This document shows positions 30,403 through 43,193 of a DNA stretch of 64,000 bases, in pieces. The DNA lies in NCBI RefSeq assembly GCF_022565665.1, contig NZ_JAIUMI010000013.1. The stretch is one strand, 5' to 3'. This stretch comes from Glycocaulis sp. (GTDB taxonomy: Bacteria > Pseudomonadota > Alphaproteobacteria > Caulobacterales > Maricaulaceae). Positions within the stretch are counted from its first letter, which is position 1. The number at the start of each line of letters is the position of its first letter. The position numbers and the translations under genes were made by a program. The notes beneath the pieces were generated by a model. It did not search any database. It was not told where the DNA came from and saw nothing but the letters and a program-made list of their open reading frames with translations.

Positions 30403-31323
30403 ATGGTGCGGGCGGCTTTTCTGACCGAGCGGACGACACTGGCCCAGCCGGCGGTATGCGCCGGGATCGGGCTTCACACAGGCGCCCGGGTGCGCATGGT
30501 GCTCAAACCGGCCTCGGCAGGCTCTGGCATCATGTTCGAACGCACCGATCTTGATCTGGCCGACCGGCGTATCCCGGCGCGCTATGATCTGGTGCGCTCC
30601 ACTGATCTTGGCACCACCATCATCAATGAGGACGGGGCTTCGGTATCGACCGTGGAGCACCTCATGGCCGCCTTTGCCGGTCTTGGTGTCGATGATGTTC
30701 TGGTCGAACTGGATGGCCCGGAAATCCCTGCCATGGACGGTTCGTCCATGCCGTTTATCGAGCTTCTGCAGCATGCCGGGCTGAAAACCCATCCCGTGCC
30801 GCGCCGAGCGATCCGGGTACTGAAACCCGTCGAGGTGGAGCTGGGCGGACGCCGTGCAGTCTTCCTGCCGTCCGTTCAGCCGGCTATCGATGTCTCCATC
30901 GATTTCGACAATGCGGTGATCGGGCGTCAGCAATACCGTTTCGAGGTGAGCCCGAAAGCCTTCTGCGAGGATATTGCCGCAGCGCGCACATTCGGCTTCC
31001 GCCGCGACTATGAAACCCTGCTCAAGGCGGGCCTTGCCCGTGGCGGCTCGATGGACAATGCCATCGTGCTGGACGATAGCGGCGTGGCGAACCCCGAGGG
31101 CCTGCGCTTTGCCGACGAGTTCGTCCGCCACAAGGCACTGGACGCGCTGGGTGATCTCTATCTCGCCGGTGCGCCTATCCTTGGCCTTTATCAGGCATCC
31201 AGGCCCGGCCATGGCATCAATAACGTAGCTGTACGCGCCCTTCTGGCCGATGCCAGCGCCTACAAGATGGTGTCGCTCAGCGAGATGGCCGAGACCTCTG
31301 GCGGCCGCATGGCGCGGGGTTAG
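30403..31323 (+). CDS. lpxC: UDP-3-O-acyl-N-acetylglucosamine deacetylase
   Basis: STVEHLMAAFAG and VRHKALDALGDLYLAG motifs. 306 aa. Confidence 0.94.
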   Translation: MVRAAFLTERTTLAQPAVCAGIGLHTGARVRMVLKPASAGSGIMFERTDLDLADRRIPARYDLVRSTDLGTTIINEDGASVSTVEHLMAAFAGLGVDDVLVELDGPEIPAMDGSSMPFIELLQHAGLKTHPVPRRAIRVLKPVEVELGGRRAVFLPSVQPAIDVSIDFDNAVIGRQQYRFEVSPKAFCEDIAAARTFGFRRDYETLLKAGLARGGSMDNAIVLDDSGVANPEGLRFADEFVRHKALDALGDLYLAGAPILGLYQASRPGHGINNVAVRALLADASAYKMVSLSEMAETSGGRMARG

Positions 31324-31432
31324 GTGGCTCTTGCCGCACCGGATGGCTGACAGGGTGCTTTTGCAGCCGCTCATGATGGTCTAGAAGAGTCTTCGAAACG
31401 ACCTTCCAGCTGCCAAGCCAAAGGGCCATCCA

Positions 31433-32269
31433 TTGCTGACCGCTGTGCGCTTTATCATCATCGCTTTCGTTGCGGCCGCCCTGCTGGCGGGTTGTGGCAA
31501 CCGCCGCCAGGCTGAGCTGGCCTATGTCGCGCGGCCTGTGGAGCAGCTCTATAACGAGGCGTTCCGACAGATGGAGCGCCGCCGCTATGCCGAGGCTGCC
31601 CAGCTGTTTGACGAGGTGGAGCGCCAGCACCCCTTCTCTGAATGGGCGCGCCGCTCCATGCTGATGGCGGCCTTCGCCAATTATCAGGCCAACCGCTATG
31701 AGCAGGCCATCTCCACCGCGCAGCGCTTCATCTCCCTGCATCCGGGCAGCTCCAGCGCACCCTACGCCTATTACCTGATCGCGATCTGCTATTACGAGCG
31801 CATCTATGATGTGGGCCGGGACCAGTCGACCACCCAGCAGGCGCTTGAAGCCCTGCAGCAGGTCGTCCAGCGCTTTCCTGACAGTCCCTATGCGCGCGAC
31901 GCCCGCCTGAAGATCGACATGACGCGCGATCACCTGGCTGGCAAGGACATGGATGTCGGCCGCTGGTATCTGCGCAATGGCTTCCATCTGGCGGCCATTG
32001 GCCGGTTCCAGAACGTGATCCGCAATTACGGCACCACCAGCCATGTGCCCGAGGCCCTGCACCGCATGGTGGAGGCTTATGTGTCCATGGGCGTGGCCGA
32101 GGAAGCGCGCCAGCACGCCGCCGTGCTCGGCTATAACTTCCCCGGTTCGGAATGGTATCAGGACAGCTATAATCTCCTGACCTCGCGTGGTATTGATGTG
32201 CCCGGCGAGGGCATTGAGGAACGCGATCCGAGCCTGCTGCGCCGCGCGATGAGCCGGATATTCGGCTAG
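31433..32269 (+). CDS. bamD: outer membrane protein assembly factor BamD (lipoprotein)
   Basis: TTG start, lipobox LLAGC, TPR-like repeats, conserved position after lpxC. Confidence 0.85.
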   Translation: MLTAVRFIIIAFVAAALLAGCGNRRQAELAYVARPVEQLYNEAFRQMERRRYAEAAQLFDEVERQHPFSEWARRSMLMAAFANYQANRYEQAISTAQRFISLHPGSSSAPYAYYLIAICYYERIYDVGRDQSTTQQALEALQQVVQRFPDSPYARDARLKIDMTRDHLAGKDMDVGRWYLRNGFHLAAIGRFQNVIRNYGTTSHVPEALHRMVEAYVSMGVAEEARQHAAVLGYNFPGSEWYQDSYNLLTSRGIDVPGEGIEERDPSLLRRAMSRIFG

Positions 32270-32293
32270 CCAAGAGGGGAGCGGCGAGGCGCG

Positions 32294-36096
<3,803 letters not shown>

Positions 36097-36099
36097 CGA

Positions 36100-36879
36100 T
36101 CACCCGAAATTCGGCGCGCGCTTTTCAAGAAACGCCCGGTAGCCTTCCTGAAAATCTGCGCTTGAGAAGGCCTCGAGGAAGAGGGCGCGAGTGGCGTCGT
36201 CATCGTCCGATTGCCCGGCCTCGATAAGGGCCATAAGCTGCTTGGTGACGCGCGCAGAGCGGGGCGAGGCGGCGGCGATCAGCGTGCCATAAGCCTCCAC
36301 TTCAGCGACGAGCGTTTCAGCGCTGACAAGCCGGTTGATGAGGCCAAGACGCAGCGCCTCGTCGGCATCGAGAAGCCGACCGGTGAAGAGAATGTCTTTC
36401 GCTGCAGGCAGGCCGACCGCGTTCACAAGCCGGCGCGTATCGTTGAGTGTGTAAACGAGTCCCAGCTTGCCTGGCGTGATGCCAAAGCGTGAGCCCTCCG
36501 CCGCAAAGCGCAGATCACAGGCAAGCGCGATACCGCACCCGCCGCCCACACACGCCCCCTCGATCATGGCGAGTGTCGGCTTGGGGAAGGTGGCAAGGCC
36601 ATCAAGCGCTGCCGCGATGGCGCGCGAATAGTCCGCGGCGCGCTCGGCCGTGGCGTAAACCTCCTCGAACTCGGAAATATCCGCGCCTGCTGCAAACGCG
36701 CCGCCCGCCCCGCGTACGACCAGCAGGCGCACGGGTTCATCGGCTTCGGCCTCTGCCAGCAGGGCGGGGATGGCGCGCCACATCGCTTCATTGAGCGCAT
36801 TGCGCTTTTCCGGACGGTTCAGCACCAGATGGGCGGCATTGCCATGGCGTTCGAGCGTGATGGGCGCAGTGTCAGTCAT
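36100..36879 (-). CDS. enoyl-CoA hydratase/isomerase family protein
   Basis: Crotonase motif VVRGAGGAFAAGADISEF. Start moved to the ATG at 36879 (MTDTAPITLERHG); the upstream 37 codons of the track ORF look non-coding. Confidence 0.85.
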   Translation of the reverse strand: MTDTAPITLERHGNAAHLVLNRPEKRNALNEAMWRAIPALLAEAEADEPVRLLVVRGAGGAFAAGADISEFEEVYATAERAADYSRAIAAALDGLATFPKPTLAMIEGACVGGGCGIALACDLRFAAEGSRFGITPGKLGLVYTLNDTRRLVNAVGLPAAKDILFTGRLLDADEALRLGLINRLVSAETLVAEVEAYGTLIAAASPRSARVTKQLMALIEAGQSDDDDATRALFLEAFSSADFQEGYRAFLEKRAPNFG

Positions 36880-37088
36880 GGGCGATCTCTTGGTAAATGT
36901 CCGGACTTTTCCTGCGCCCTGCTTAGAGCGCCCGGCGCGCGCGCGCAACGCCGGGCCGGTGGCAGTTACGGCGTTTTGGCATAACCGCAATGAGGCAGCG
37001 TTCGCCAGCGCACCCTTGCGTGAAGCCGCCCTGCGCAGTAATCGCGGCCCCTGACACCACCCCGCGCAGCCCGAAGGACAGGCCGGAC

Positions 37089-37733
37089 ATGGAATTTGAA
37101 TTTTTCAGCCGCTTCCTCGCTGCGCTGTTTGCGATGGTCAATCCGCTGGCGGCGATGCCGGTCTTCCTGTCACTGACGGCCGGATCGAGCCCCAAGGCCC
37201 AGCGCGCCATGGCCATTCAGGCCGCGATTGCCGCCGTGATCGCCTGCTTTGCCATCGCGATTGCGGGCAAGTGGGTGCTGGGCGTGTTCGGTATCGCGAT
37301 TGACAGCTTCCGCATCGCGGGGGGCGTCCTGCTTTTCACCATCGCGCTGACGATGATCTCCGGCGCGCGCCACACCTCCAGTGCGGGCACCGAGAAGGAG
37401 CGCGCCCTGCAGGAGAATATCGACAACCCCGCGATCTATCCCTTCACCATCCCGATGACGGTCGGCCCCGGTACGATCACCACGCTGATCATCTTCTCCG
37501 AGCAGGCCGCGACCAGCCCGGTGAAGATGGGGCTATTTGCCGGCGTTGTGCTGATCGTGATCGGGCTGCTGCTGGCCGCCTTGCTGGTTGCCCCGCTGCT
37601 GGACCGGATGGTGTCGCAGACCGCGCGCACGGTCTCCATCCGCATCATGGGGATTATCCTGGCGGCGCTGGCGGTGGAGTTCATCATCACCGGGCTGCGC
37701 GGCTCGGGCCTGATCGCGCTGAACGGGATCTAG
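37089..37733 (+). CDS. MarC family (UPF0056) integral membrane protein
   Basis: N-terminal FAMVNPLAAMPVFLSL signature, 6 TM. Start at ATG 37089. Confidence 0.85.
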   Translation: MEFEFFSRFLAALFAMVNPLAAMPVFLSLTAGSSPKAQRAMAIQAAIAAVIACFAIAIAGKWVLGVFGIAIDSFRIAGGVLLFTIALTMISGARHTSSAGTEKERALQENIDNPAIYPFTIPMTVGPGTITTLIIFSEQAATSPVKMGLFAGVVLIVIGLLLAALLVAPLLDRMVSQTARTVSIRIMGIILAALAVEFIITGLRGSGLIALNGI

Positions 37734-37759
37734 GGAAGGGCGAGGGCTGTCAAAGGCCC

Positions 37760-38602
37760 TCACTCCGACGTCAGGAAGGCGACCAGCTCCCGCCGGAATG
37801 CGCCTTCGCGCAGGGCGGAGAGATGGTTGCCGGGCGTGCGTTCGGTTATCGCATTTTCAAACAGCTCCGCCAGCGCCTCGGCCGAACCGTTATCCTCATC
37901 ATCCCGGCCTGCAATCACCAGGATGGGGGTCGTAATGCCGGTCAGGGCGCGGGCCGGCGTGGCCCGTTGGGTACGCAGCACGACGAGACCTGCTTCAGGA
38001 TCGCCGCCCGTGCGCGCGATATAGTCGGCAGCGGCACGTGCCGCTTCCGGAGAGCGGGCCGCATCGGGATTGTTCACGTGCTGCAGGGCGTCCTGCAGCA
38101 GCGCCTGACGGTTGGCCGGAGCGGTAATGCCGGTATCGCCCATACCGCCCAGCACGGCCCGTCCAGGTTCAGCACCCAGCGCCAGCATGCGCACCACTGT
38201 ACGTGCGCCCAGCGAATAGCCGGCCACGTCAAACTCGGTGATCTCGAGATGATCGAGCAAGGCGAACTGGTCACGCGCCAGCGCGTCGGCAGGCCAGCTC
38301 TGGTCTTCTCCGGGGCGTCCCGAGGCGCCATGGCCGCGCAGATCAGGCACGATCACGCGCCGCCCCTCGCGGGCCAGCGCAGCGGCGATTCCGGTATCGA
38401 TCCAGTTCTGCGGGCCGTCGGCCAGAAAGCCATGCACCAGCAATACCGGGCGGGCATCCGGGTCACCCAGCTCGCGCCAGGTGATCACGGTGCCGTCGAA
38501 GCTTTCAAAGCTCTGATCACTGCCCGGCCGGAACTCGCCGCCGGGGCTGCACGCCGCGATCACAAATCCGGCAAGGGCGGCAAGCAGGAAACGGATCGGC
38601 AT
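37760..38602 (-). CDS. alpha/beta hydrolase, lipoprotein
   Basis: Lipobox VIAAC, HG oxyanion motif VHGFLADG, nucleophile elbow GYSLGA. Confidence 0.8.
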   Translation of the reverse strand: MPIRFLLAALAGFVIAACSPGGEFRPGSDQSFESFDGTVITWRELGDPDARPVLLVHGFLADGPQNWIDTGIAAALAREGRRVIVPDLRGHGASGRPGEDQSWPADALARDQFALLDHLEITEFDVAGYSLGARTVVRMLALGAEPGRAVLGGMGDTGITAPANRQALLQDALQHVNNPDAARSPEAARAAADYIARTGGDPEAGLVVLRTQRATPARALTGITTPILVIAGRDDEDNGSAEALAELFENAITERTPGNHLSALREGAFRRELVAFLTSE

Positions 38603-38620
38603 GAGGCAGCTCCAGAGCGG

Positions 38621-41212
38621 TTAGAGGACGGTTTCGCCCGCAGGGTCCCTGAGATTGTAACGCGAACTCATCACAGCGCCATAGGCACCCGCCTCAGCGA
38701 TGAGAAGAACGTCTCCTTCGCGCGTTTCGGGCAACAGCCTGTCGGCGCCAAGCAGGTCTGCGCTTTCGCAGATCGGTCCCACGACCGAGGCCATGCCGGC
38801 CGGGGCTTCATCGAGGCGGGTGAGGTTCACGATCTCGTGACGCGCACCATAAAGCGCGGGGCGGATCAGCGAGTTCATGCCGGTGCCCAGACCGATGAAG
38901 CGCGTGCCAAAGCTCTCTTTCACCTGGGTCACCCGCGAGAGCAGCACGCCTGCCTCGGCGACGAGGTAGCGGCCCGGCTCCATCCACAGATCAAAGCGCG
39001 GCAGGCCCGATTTCAGACGGGTAAGCGCCGCGTCAAGTTCGGCCAGATCCAGTGCGGGCGCGCCGGGTGTCGCCGCCACGCCAAGCCCGCCGCCTGCATT
39101 GAGGATACGGACATCCTCAAAGCCTTCGGCGGCGCGGGCGAGGATGGCGGCAACCTCCTGCCAGTGCCCTGCCTCGGTAATGCCGGAGCCCGCATGGGCG
39201 TGCAGCCCCTTGACGATGGCACCGGCGCTCTGGGCAAAGGCGCGCGCGGTGGAAAGCTGTTCCAACGGTACGCCGAACTTCGCCTTCGGCCCGGCCGTGC
39301 GCACATGCTCGTGATGGCCGCGCGGGGTATCGGGATTGACGCGCAGTATGATCTCGCGGCCCCTGAACAGTTCCGGCCAGTCGCGCAGCGGGTGCAGGCC
39401 GTCGATCGTGATGTGGGCGCCTAGCGCCAGCGCGGCTTCGTACTCCGCGCGCGGGGCGAAGTTGGGTGTGAACAGGATCTCGTCCGGGGCGATATCGGGG
39501 AAGGTCTCGCGTACGCGCGCCACCTCGCCCATGGAGACGCACTCAAAGCCAAGCCCCGCCACACGCACGGCCTTCAGGAGCTCGGCGTGCGGATTGGCCT
39601 TCATCGCATACCAGGCCCGGTCCACCGATGTGAGACCCGCCACAGCACCCGCACGGGCCGATACGGTTGCGCGGTCATAGACATAAAGCCCGCCTTCGGA
39701 AGGCGCGATATCGAGCAGCGCGTCGCGCTTTTCCACCCACCAGGGAGCGGTCACCGGTATGGCGGACGGCGCAGGCGCAGGCGCGGTGATCTCCGCCCAG
39801 CTGGGTCCGAACACGGCGCCCTCTTCGGCATTGGAGATGAGACTCTGATGCAGGCGCTTGGCGAGCTGGCGGCCATAGCTGTCCTTGGCGTCCTCGCCAT
39901 CATCGACCACCACGGTGAAGTTCAGATCATTGGCGGCCTGGCTAACAAGGTGAACCGGCCTTTCCTGGAACACTTCGAAGGCCGGGGCGAGCTGGTGAAG
40001 AATACGGCGTATGCCGTAACCCACCATGGAGACAGCCGCCTTGCCTTCCTCGATCCGTACCCGGCAGAGCGGGGAGAGCGCCTTGCGCAGCGCGTCCAGC
40101 CGGTCTGCATCAAGACCCGGATCAGGGTCGAGCGAGACGGTGACATTGGTCTCCGAGGTGGAGACCTGATCGACCGACACGCCGCACTGCTTGAAACAGG
40201 CGAAAACGTCGGCGAGGAAGCCAGCCTGCCGCCACATGCCAGAACCCTCCATGACGACGAGGCGCACGCCGGTCTTCACCGACACGGCCTTCAGGCGCGG
40301 GGCGTCATCGCCGGGCGCTGATGTGATCAGCGTGCCGGGCAGGTCGGGGCGGAAGGTGTCTTTGACCAGCATGGGAATGTTCGCGCGCCGGGCCGGGCCG
40401 ATGGAGCGCGGGTGGAGCACCTTGCCGCCCATGGTGGCGATCTCCTGCGCCTCCTCGTAGCTCAGCGCTTTAAGCATGCGCGCGCCATCGGTAAGGCGCG
40501 GATCGGCGCTGAAGAGCCCCGGCACATCGGTCCAGATTTCAAGCCGCGCCGCCCCCGCCTTGGCCGCGAAATAGGCCGCAGACGTGTCCGACCCGCCCCT
40601 GCCGAGCAGGACCGTCTCGCCGGTGGATTTCGAGGCGATGAAGCCCTGCGTCAGAACCACATCATGCTGGCCCAGCCGTTCGGCGAGTGCCGCATCCGGG
40701 CTTTCATCGACCATATTGTCCAGCCAGGAGCGCGTATCGCCGCCATCCTGGGCTGCACGCAGCACGGTGCGGGCATCCAGCCCTTCGGCCTCCACGCCCA
40801 GACGGCGCAGCAGGGCAAGGCCGAGGCGCGAGGCCATCAACTCGCCCAGCGCCATCAGCTCGGCGCGCACCCGTCCGCTCGCCTCACCGATGAGGGCGAT
40901 GCCGTCGGCCAGGCGCGAGAGCGTGGCGAATTCCTCAGCGAGTAGTGCCTCTCCATCAAGACCGGCTTCGGCCGCAAAGGCGAGGTGCTTGGCGCGGATC
41001 GCCTGCACCGCCTGATCTCCAATACCGCCCAGCGCCTGCACCGGCAGGGCTTCGAGCAGGTTGGACACGCCCGAGAGCGCGGAATGCACGATCAGCACGC
41101 GCTCACCATCTGCCAGACGTTTTCGCGCAAGCCGGGCGATGATTTCCCAGTTCTTCGTGCTGGCCACCGAGGTGCCACCGAATTTCATCACGACGAGCGG
41201 GCGCGTTGCCAT
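38621..41212 (-). CDS. bifunctional aspartate kinase / diaminopimelate decarboxylase (LysC-LysA fusion, about 863 aa)
   Basis: N-terminal VVMKFGGTSV amino-acid-kinase fold plus two ACT-like segments. The C-terminal 400 aa carry alanine-racemase-fold decarboxylase motifs YAMKANP (PLP Lys), HAHAGSG, GGGLG, EPGRYLV, GPICESAD. Start set to ATG 41212 (AGGAAGG Shine-Dalgarno). Confidence 0.85.
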   Translation of the reverse strand: MATRPLVVMKFGGTSVASTKNWEIIARLARKRLADGERVLIVHSALSGVSNLLEALPVQALGGIGDQAVQAIRAKHLAFAAEAGLDGEALLAEEFATLSRLADGIALIGEASGRVRAELMALGELMASRLGLALLRRLGVEAEGLDARTVLRAAQDGGDTRSWLDNMVDESPDAALAERLGQHDVVLTQGFIASKSTGETVLLGRGGSDTSAAYFAAKAGAARLEIWTDVPGLFSADPRLTDGARMLKALSYEEAQEIATMGGKVLHPRSIGPARRANIPMLVKDTFRPDLPGTLITSAPGDDAPRLKAVSVKTGVRLVVMEGSGMWRQAGFLADVFACFKQCGVSVDQVSTSETNVTVSLDPDPGLDADRLDALRKALSPLCRVRIEEGKAAVSMVGYGIRRILHQLAPAFEVFQERPVHLVSQAANDLNFTVVVDDGEDAKDSYGRQLAKRLHQSLISNAEEGAVFGPSWAEITAPAPAPSAIPVTAPWWVEKRDALLDIAPSEGGLYVYDRATVSARAGAVAGLTSVDRAWYAMKANPHAELLKAVRVAGLGFECVSMGEVARVRETFPDIAPDEILFTPNFAPRAEYEAALALGAHITIDGLHPLRDWPELFRGREIILRVNPDTPRGHHEHVRTAGPKAKFGVPLEQLSTARAFAQSAGAIVKGLHAHAGSGITEAGHWQEVAAILARAAEGFEDVRILNAGGGLGVAATPGAPALDLAELDAALTRLKSGLPRFDLWMEPGRYLVAEAGVLLSRVTQVKESFGTRFIGLGTGMNSLIRPALYGARHEIVNLTRLDEAPAGMASVVGPICESADLLGADRLLPETREGDVLLIAEAGAYGAVMSSRYNLRDPAGETVL

Positions 41213-41278
41213 GGCCTGGGCCTTCCTGCTGGCAGGTTGGAATGATTGCGGCCCTTCCTTTAGCGCCTGTGCTGCGCT

Positions 41279-41339
41279 GCGCAATGATGAAGCGTAGATG
41301 GCGGGGCGTGTCTGACATGACTCTGACATGTCATTGCGC
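41279..41339. promoter_or_regulatory. repeat-rich element in the divergent lysC-lysA / NPP control region
   Basis: 9-bp inverted repeat GCGCAATGA (41279-41287) / TCATTGCGC (41331-41339). It encloses the direct repeat TCTGACATG (41311-41319, 41322-41330) and the 10-bp palindrome TGACATGTCA (41324-41333). Confidence 0.4.
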
Positions 41340-41374
41340 TATCAGCCGGACACGTTCTTGCGAGGGGAATCGAT

Positions 41375-42643
41375 ATGCGCATCCTTCATTGTCTGGCCGC
41401 GAGCCTTGGCGCCATGGCGCTGGCCGCCTGCGCCACCCAGCAGCCTCCGGAGGCTCCGGACGAGGAGTATATCGTCCTGATGATCGGGGTGGATGGGCTG
41501 ACGGCGGACGCGCTGGACCTGTTTGAAGCCCCGGCCCTGCAGGCACTCGCCGACAGGGGTGTGCGCCCTGAAGGCATGGTGCCGGTAATGCCGAGCGTGA
41601 CCTTCACCAATTTCTACTCGCTGGCGACCGGGCTCTATCCGGAAGATCACGGCATGATCAACAACGCCCCGTTCGACCGGGAACTGGACGAGGGTTTCGT
41701 CAATCCGATGAGCGCGCAGGACGAGCGCTGGTGGTCCGGCGAGCCGATCTGGATCACGGCCGAGCGTCAGGGCCTGCCGACCTCAATCATGTTCTGGCTG
41801 GGCTCTGAAGTGGAGTTCGACGGCGACCGGCCCTCGCGCTGGACGCCCTACGAACACAACAAGCCCTATCAGGAGCGGGTGGAGGAGGTGCTGGCCTGGT
41901 TTGACGGGCCGGAGGCGCTGCGCCCGCGCTTTGCAGCCGTCTATTTTGACCTCGTGGACACGATTGGTCACCGCACCGGCGCCAATACGCCCGAAGTGGG
42001 CGAGGCCATCGCGACCGTGGACGGCTATATCGGCCAGATCGTCGCCGGGCTGGAAGCGCGCGGCCTGCTGGACCGCACCCATATCCTCATTGTCTCCGAC
42101 CATGGCATGGCGACGAACCCGGAAGAGAATGTCATCCATTTCGATGACTTCATGGACCTTTCCACCGTCTATGTGCCCGAAATCGAAGGCCGGGGCGGCA
42201 ATGGTTTCCGCCCCTTCCTGAACGTCTATGGCGAGCCGGAGGCTATCGAGGCGGCCTACCAGTCCCTGCAGGGCGCACACCCGCACATGCGCGCCTGGAA
42301 GCGCGGCGAAATGCCGGATCATTTCCGCTTCGATCACCCCACGCGCGGGCCGGATCTGTTTGTGCTGGCCGATCCGGGCTGGACGATGAGCGCGCGCTCC
42401 TTGCCGTTGGGGAGCCCGTGGCGCTCCATCGGGGTGCATGGCTATGACGTGGCCGATCCGGTGATGCATGCCGGCTTCATCGCTGCCGGGCCGCTCTTCC
42501 CCGCAGGCGAACGCCCGGAGACGTTCGAAAGCGTGAATGTGTATCTGCTGATAGCCTGCATTTTGGGCCTCGAACCCGCCGAGACGGAGGGGGAGCCGGC
42601 CATGGTGTCGGCCCTGACGGGCGGACGCTGCGAGGTGGAGTAG
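41375..42643 (+). CDS. ectonucleotide pyrophosphatase/phosphodiesterase (NPP, alkaline-phosphatase superfamily), lipoprotein
   Basis: Lipobox LAACA. MIGVDGLTADAL, nucleophile region TFTNFYSLATGLYPEDHG, SDHGM. Confidence 0.85.
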   Translation: MRILHCLAASLGAMALAACATQQPPEAPDEEYIVLMIGVDGLTADALDLFEAPALQALADRGVRPEGMVPVMPSVTFTNFYSLATGLYPEDHGMINNAPFDRELDEGFVNPMSAQDERWWSGEPIWITAERQGLPTSIMFWLGSEVEFDGDRPSRWTPYEHNKPYQERVEEVLAWFDGPEALRPRFAAVYFDLVDTIGHRTGANTPEVGEAIATVDGYIGQIVAGLEARGLLDRTHILIVSDHGMATNPEENVIHFDDFMDLSTVYVPEIEGRGGNGFRPFLNVYGEPEAIEAAYQSLQGAHPHMRAWKRGEMPDHFRFDHPTRGPDLFVLADPGWTMSARSLPLGSPWRSIGVHGYDVADPVMHAGFIAAGPLFPAGERPETFESVNVYLLIACILGLEPAETEGEPAMVSALTGGRCEVE

Positions 42644-42661
42644 GGCGCCGGTCACTCATCG

Positions 42662-42706
42662 CTGTCATCCCCCGGCGGCGTTAGCCGTCCCAGGGGACCC
42701 ATACCT
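42662..42706. repeat. dispersed REP-like unit (CTGTCATCC..CCGG..GGGGACCCAT)
   Basis: About 85% identical, with 2 indel positions, to 52422-52463 in this window. Confidence 0.6.
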
Positions 42707-42750
42707 CATTTGGTCATGCAACGCATCCGCGTCGCAGGTCTGAAAACTGG

Positions 42751-42862
42751 CCCTCGTCCTTCGAGACGCTTTCTTGCGAAAGCTCCTCGGGATGAGGGCT
42801 TCGGGTTTGCTTTTCCCCTCATCTGTGAGGGTGAGCGTAGCGAACTTCTCGAAGGACGAGGG
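42751..42862. repeat. 112-bp nested palindromic (MITE/REP-like) element
   Basis: Perfect 16-bp terminal inverted repeat CCCTCGTCCTTCGAGA / TCTCGAAGGACGAGGG. Inner inverted repeat GATGAGGG (42791-42798) / CCCTCATC (42816-42823). Confidence 0.7.
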
Positions 42863-42974
42863 AAAAGCATCCAAAGCTGACCTCGCTTGTTCCTCCCCGC
42901 TTGGCGTTGCGCGCGCGACGGGCTATCGAGATAGGGAATCCCCGCCACAGCCTCGCAAGGGAAGGATCTGACCC

Positions 42975-43190
42975 ATGGCCGACAAGCCGCATCGCATCAC
43001 CTTCATCGCTTCCACCTTCACTGCGGCCGCGCTCGAGTTTCATCGCGGGCGCATGTCGGAGCGTGGCTACCGCATGGAAGGCCGGATCGAGCCGACCGTG
43101 TTCCAGCGCATCAGCGAGGATGGCTCGACCAGCCCGGAATTTGGCGGCGAGCCGGTCTTCACCGTCACCTTCGTCAAGCGGGACGAATAG
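42975..43190 (+). CDS. small hypothetical protein (71 aa), in frame with and immediately upstream of amn
   Basis: Strong GC3 bias like neighbouring genes. GGAAGGA Shine-Dalgarno 8 nt upstream. TAG stop at 43188-43190 is followed by one codon and then the amn TTG. Confidence 0.55.
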   Translation: MADKPHRITFIASTFTAAALEFHRGRMSERGYRMEGRIEPTVFQRISEDGSTSPEFGGEPVFTVTFVKRDE

Positions 43191-43193
43191 GTC

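Noticed and set aside
37823-39424. 533-aa plus-strand ORF overlapping the hydrolase and the lysC-lysA 3' end. Similar cases are 4704-6206, 58119-59489, 48177-49193, 48785-50053 and 30160-31374.
   Set aside because: All lie opposite genes with clear family signatures and have Arg/Gly/Ala/His-biased translations. The same high-GC antisense explanation applies.
41213-41329. 39-codon N-terminal extension of the lysC-lysA ORF (track start 41329)
   Set aside because: Aspartokinases begin within a few residues of the VxKFGGTS motif. ATG 41212 has a good Shine-Dalgarno. The extension overlaps the repeat-rich intergenic element.
43188-43190. In-frame TAG before amn as a pyrrolysine or programmed recoding site
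   Set aside because: No pyl genes or PYLIS-like context are visible, and none are expected in this lineage. Termination-reinitiation or a simple separate small gene is more parsimonious. It is kept only as a generic read-through possibility in the findings.
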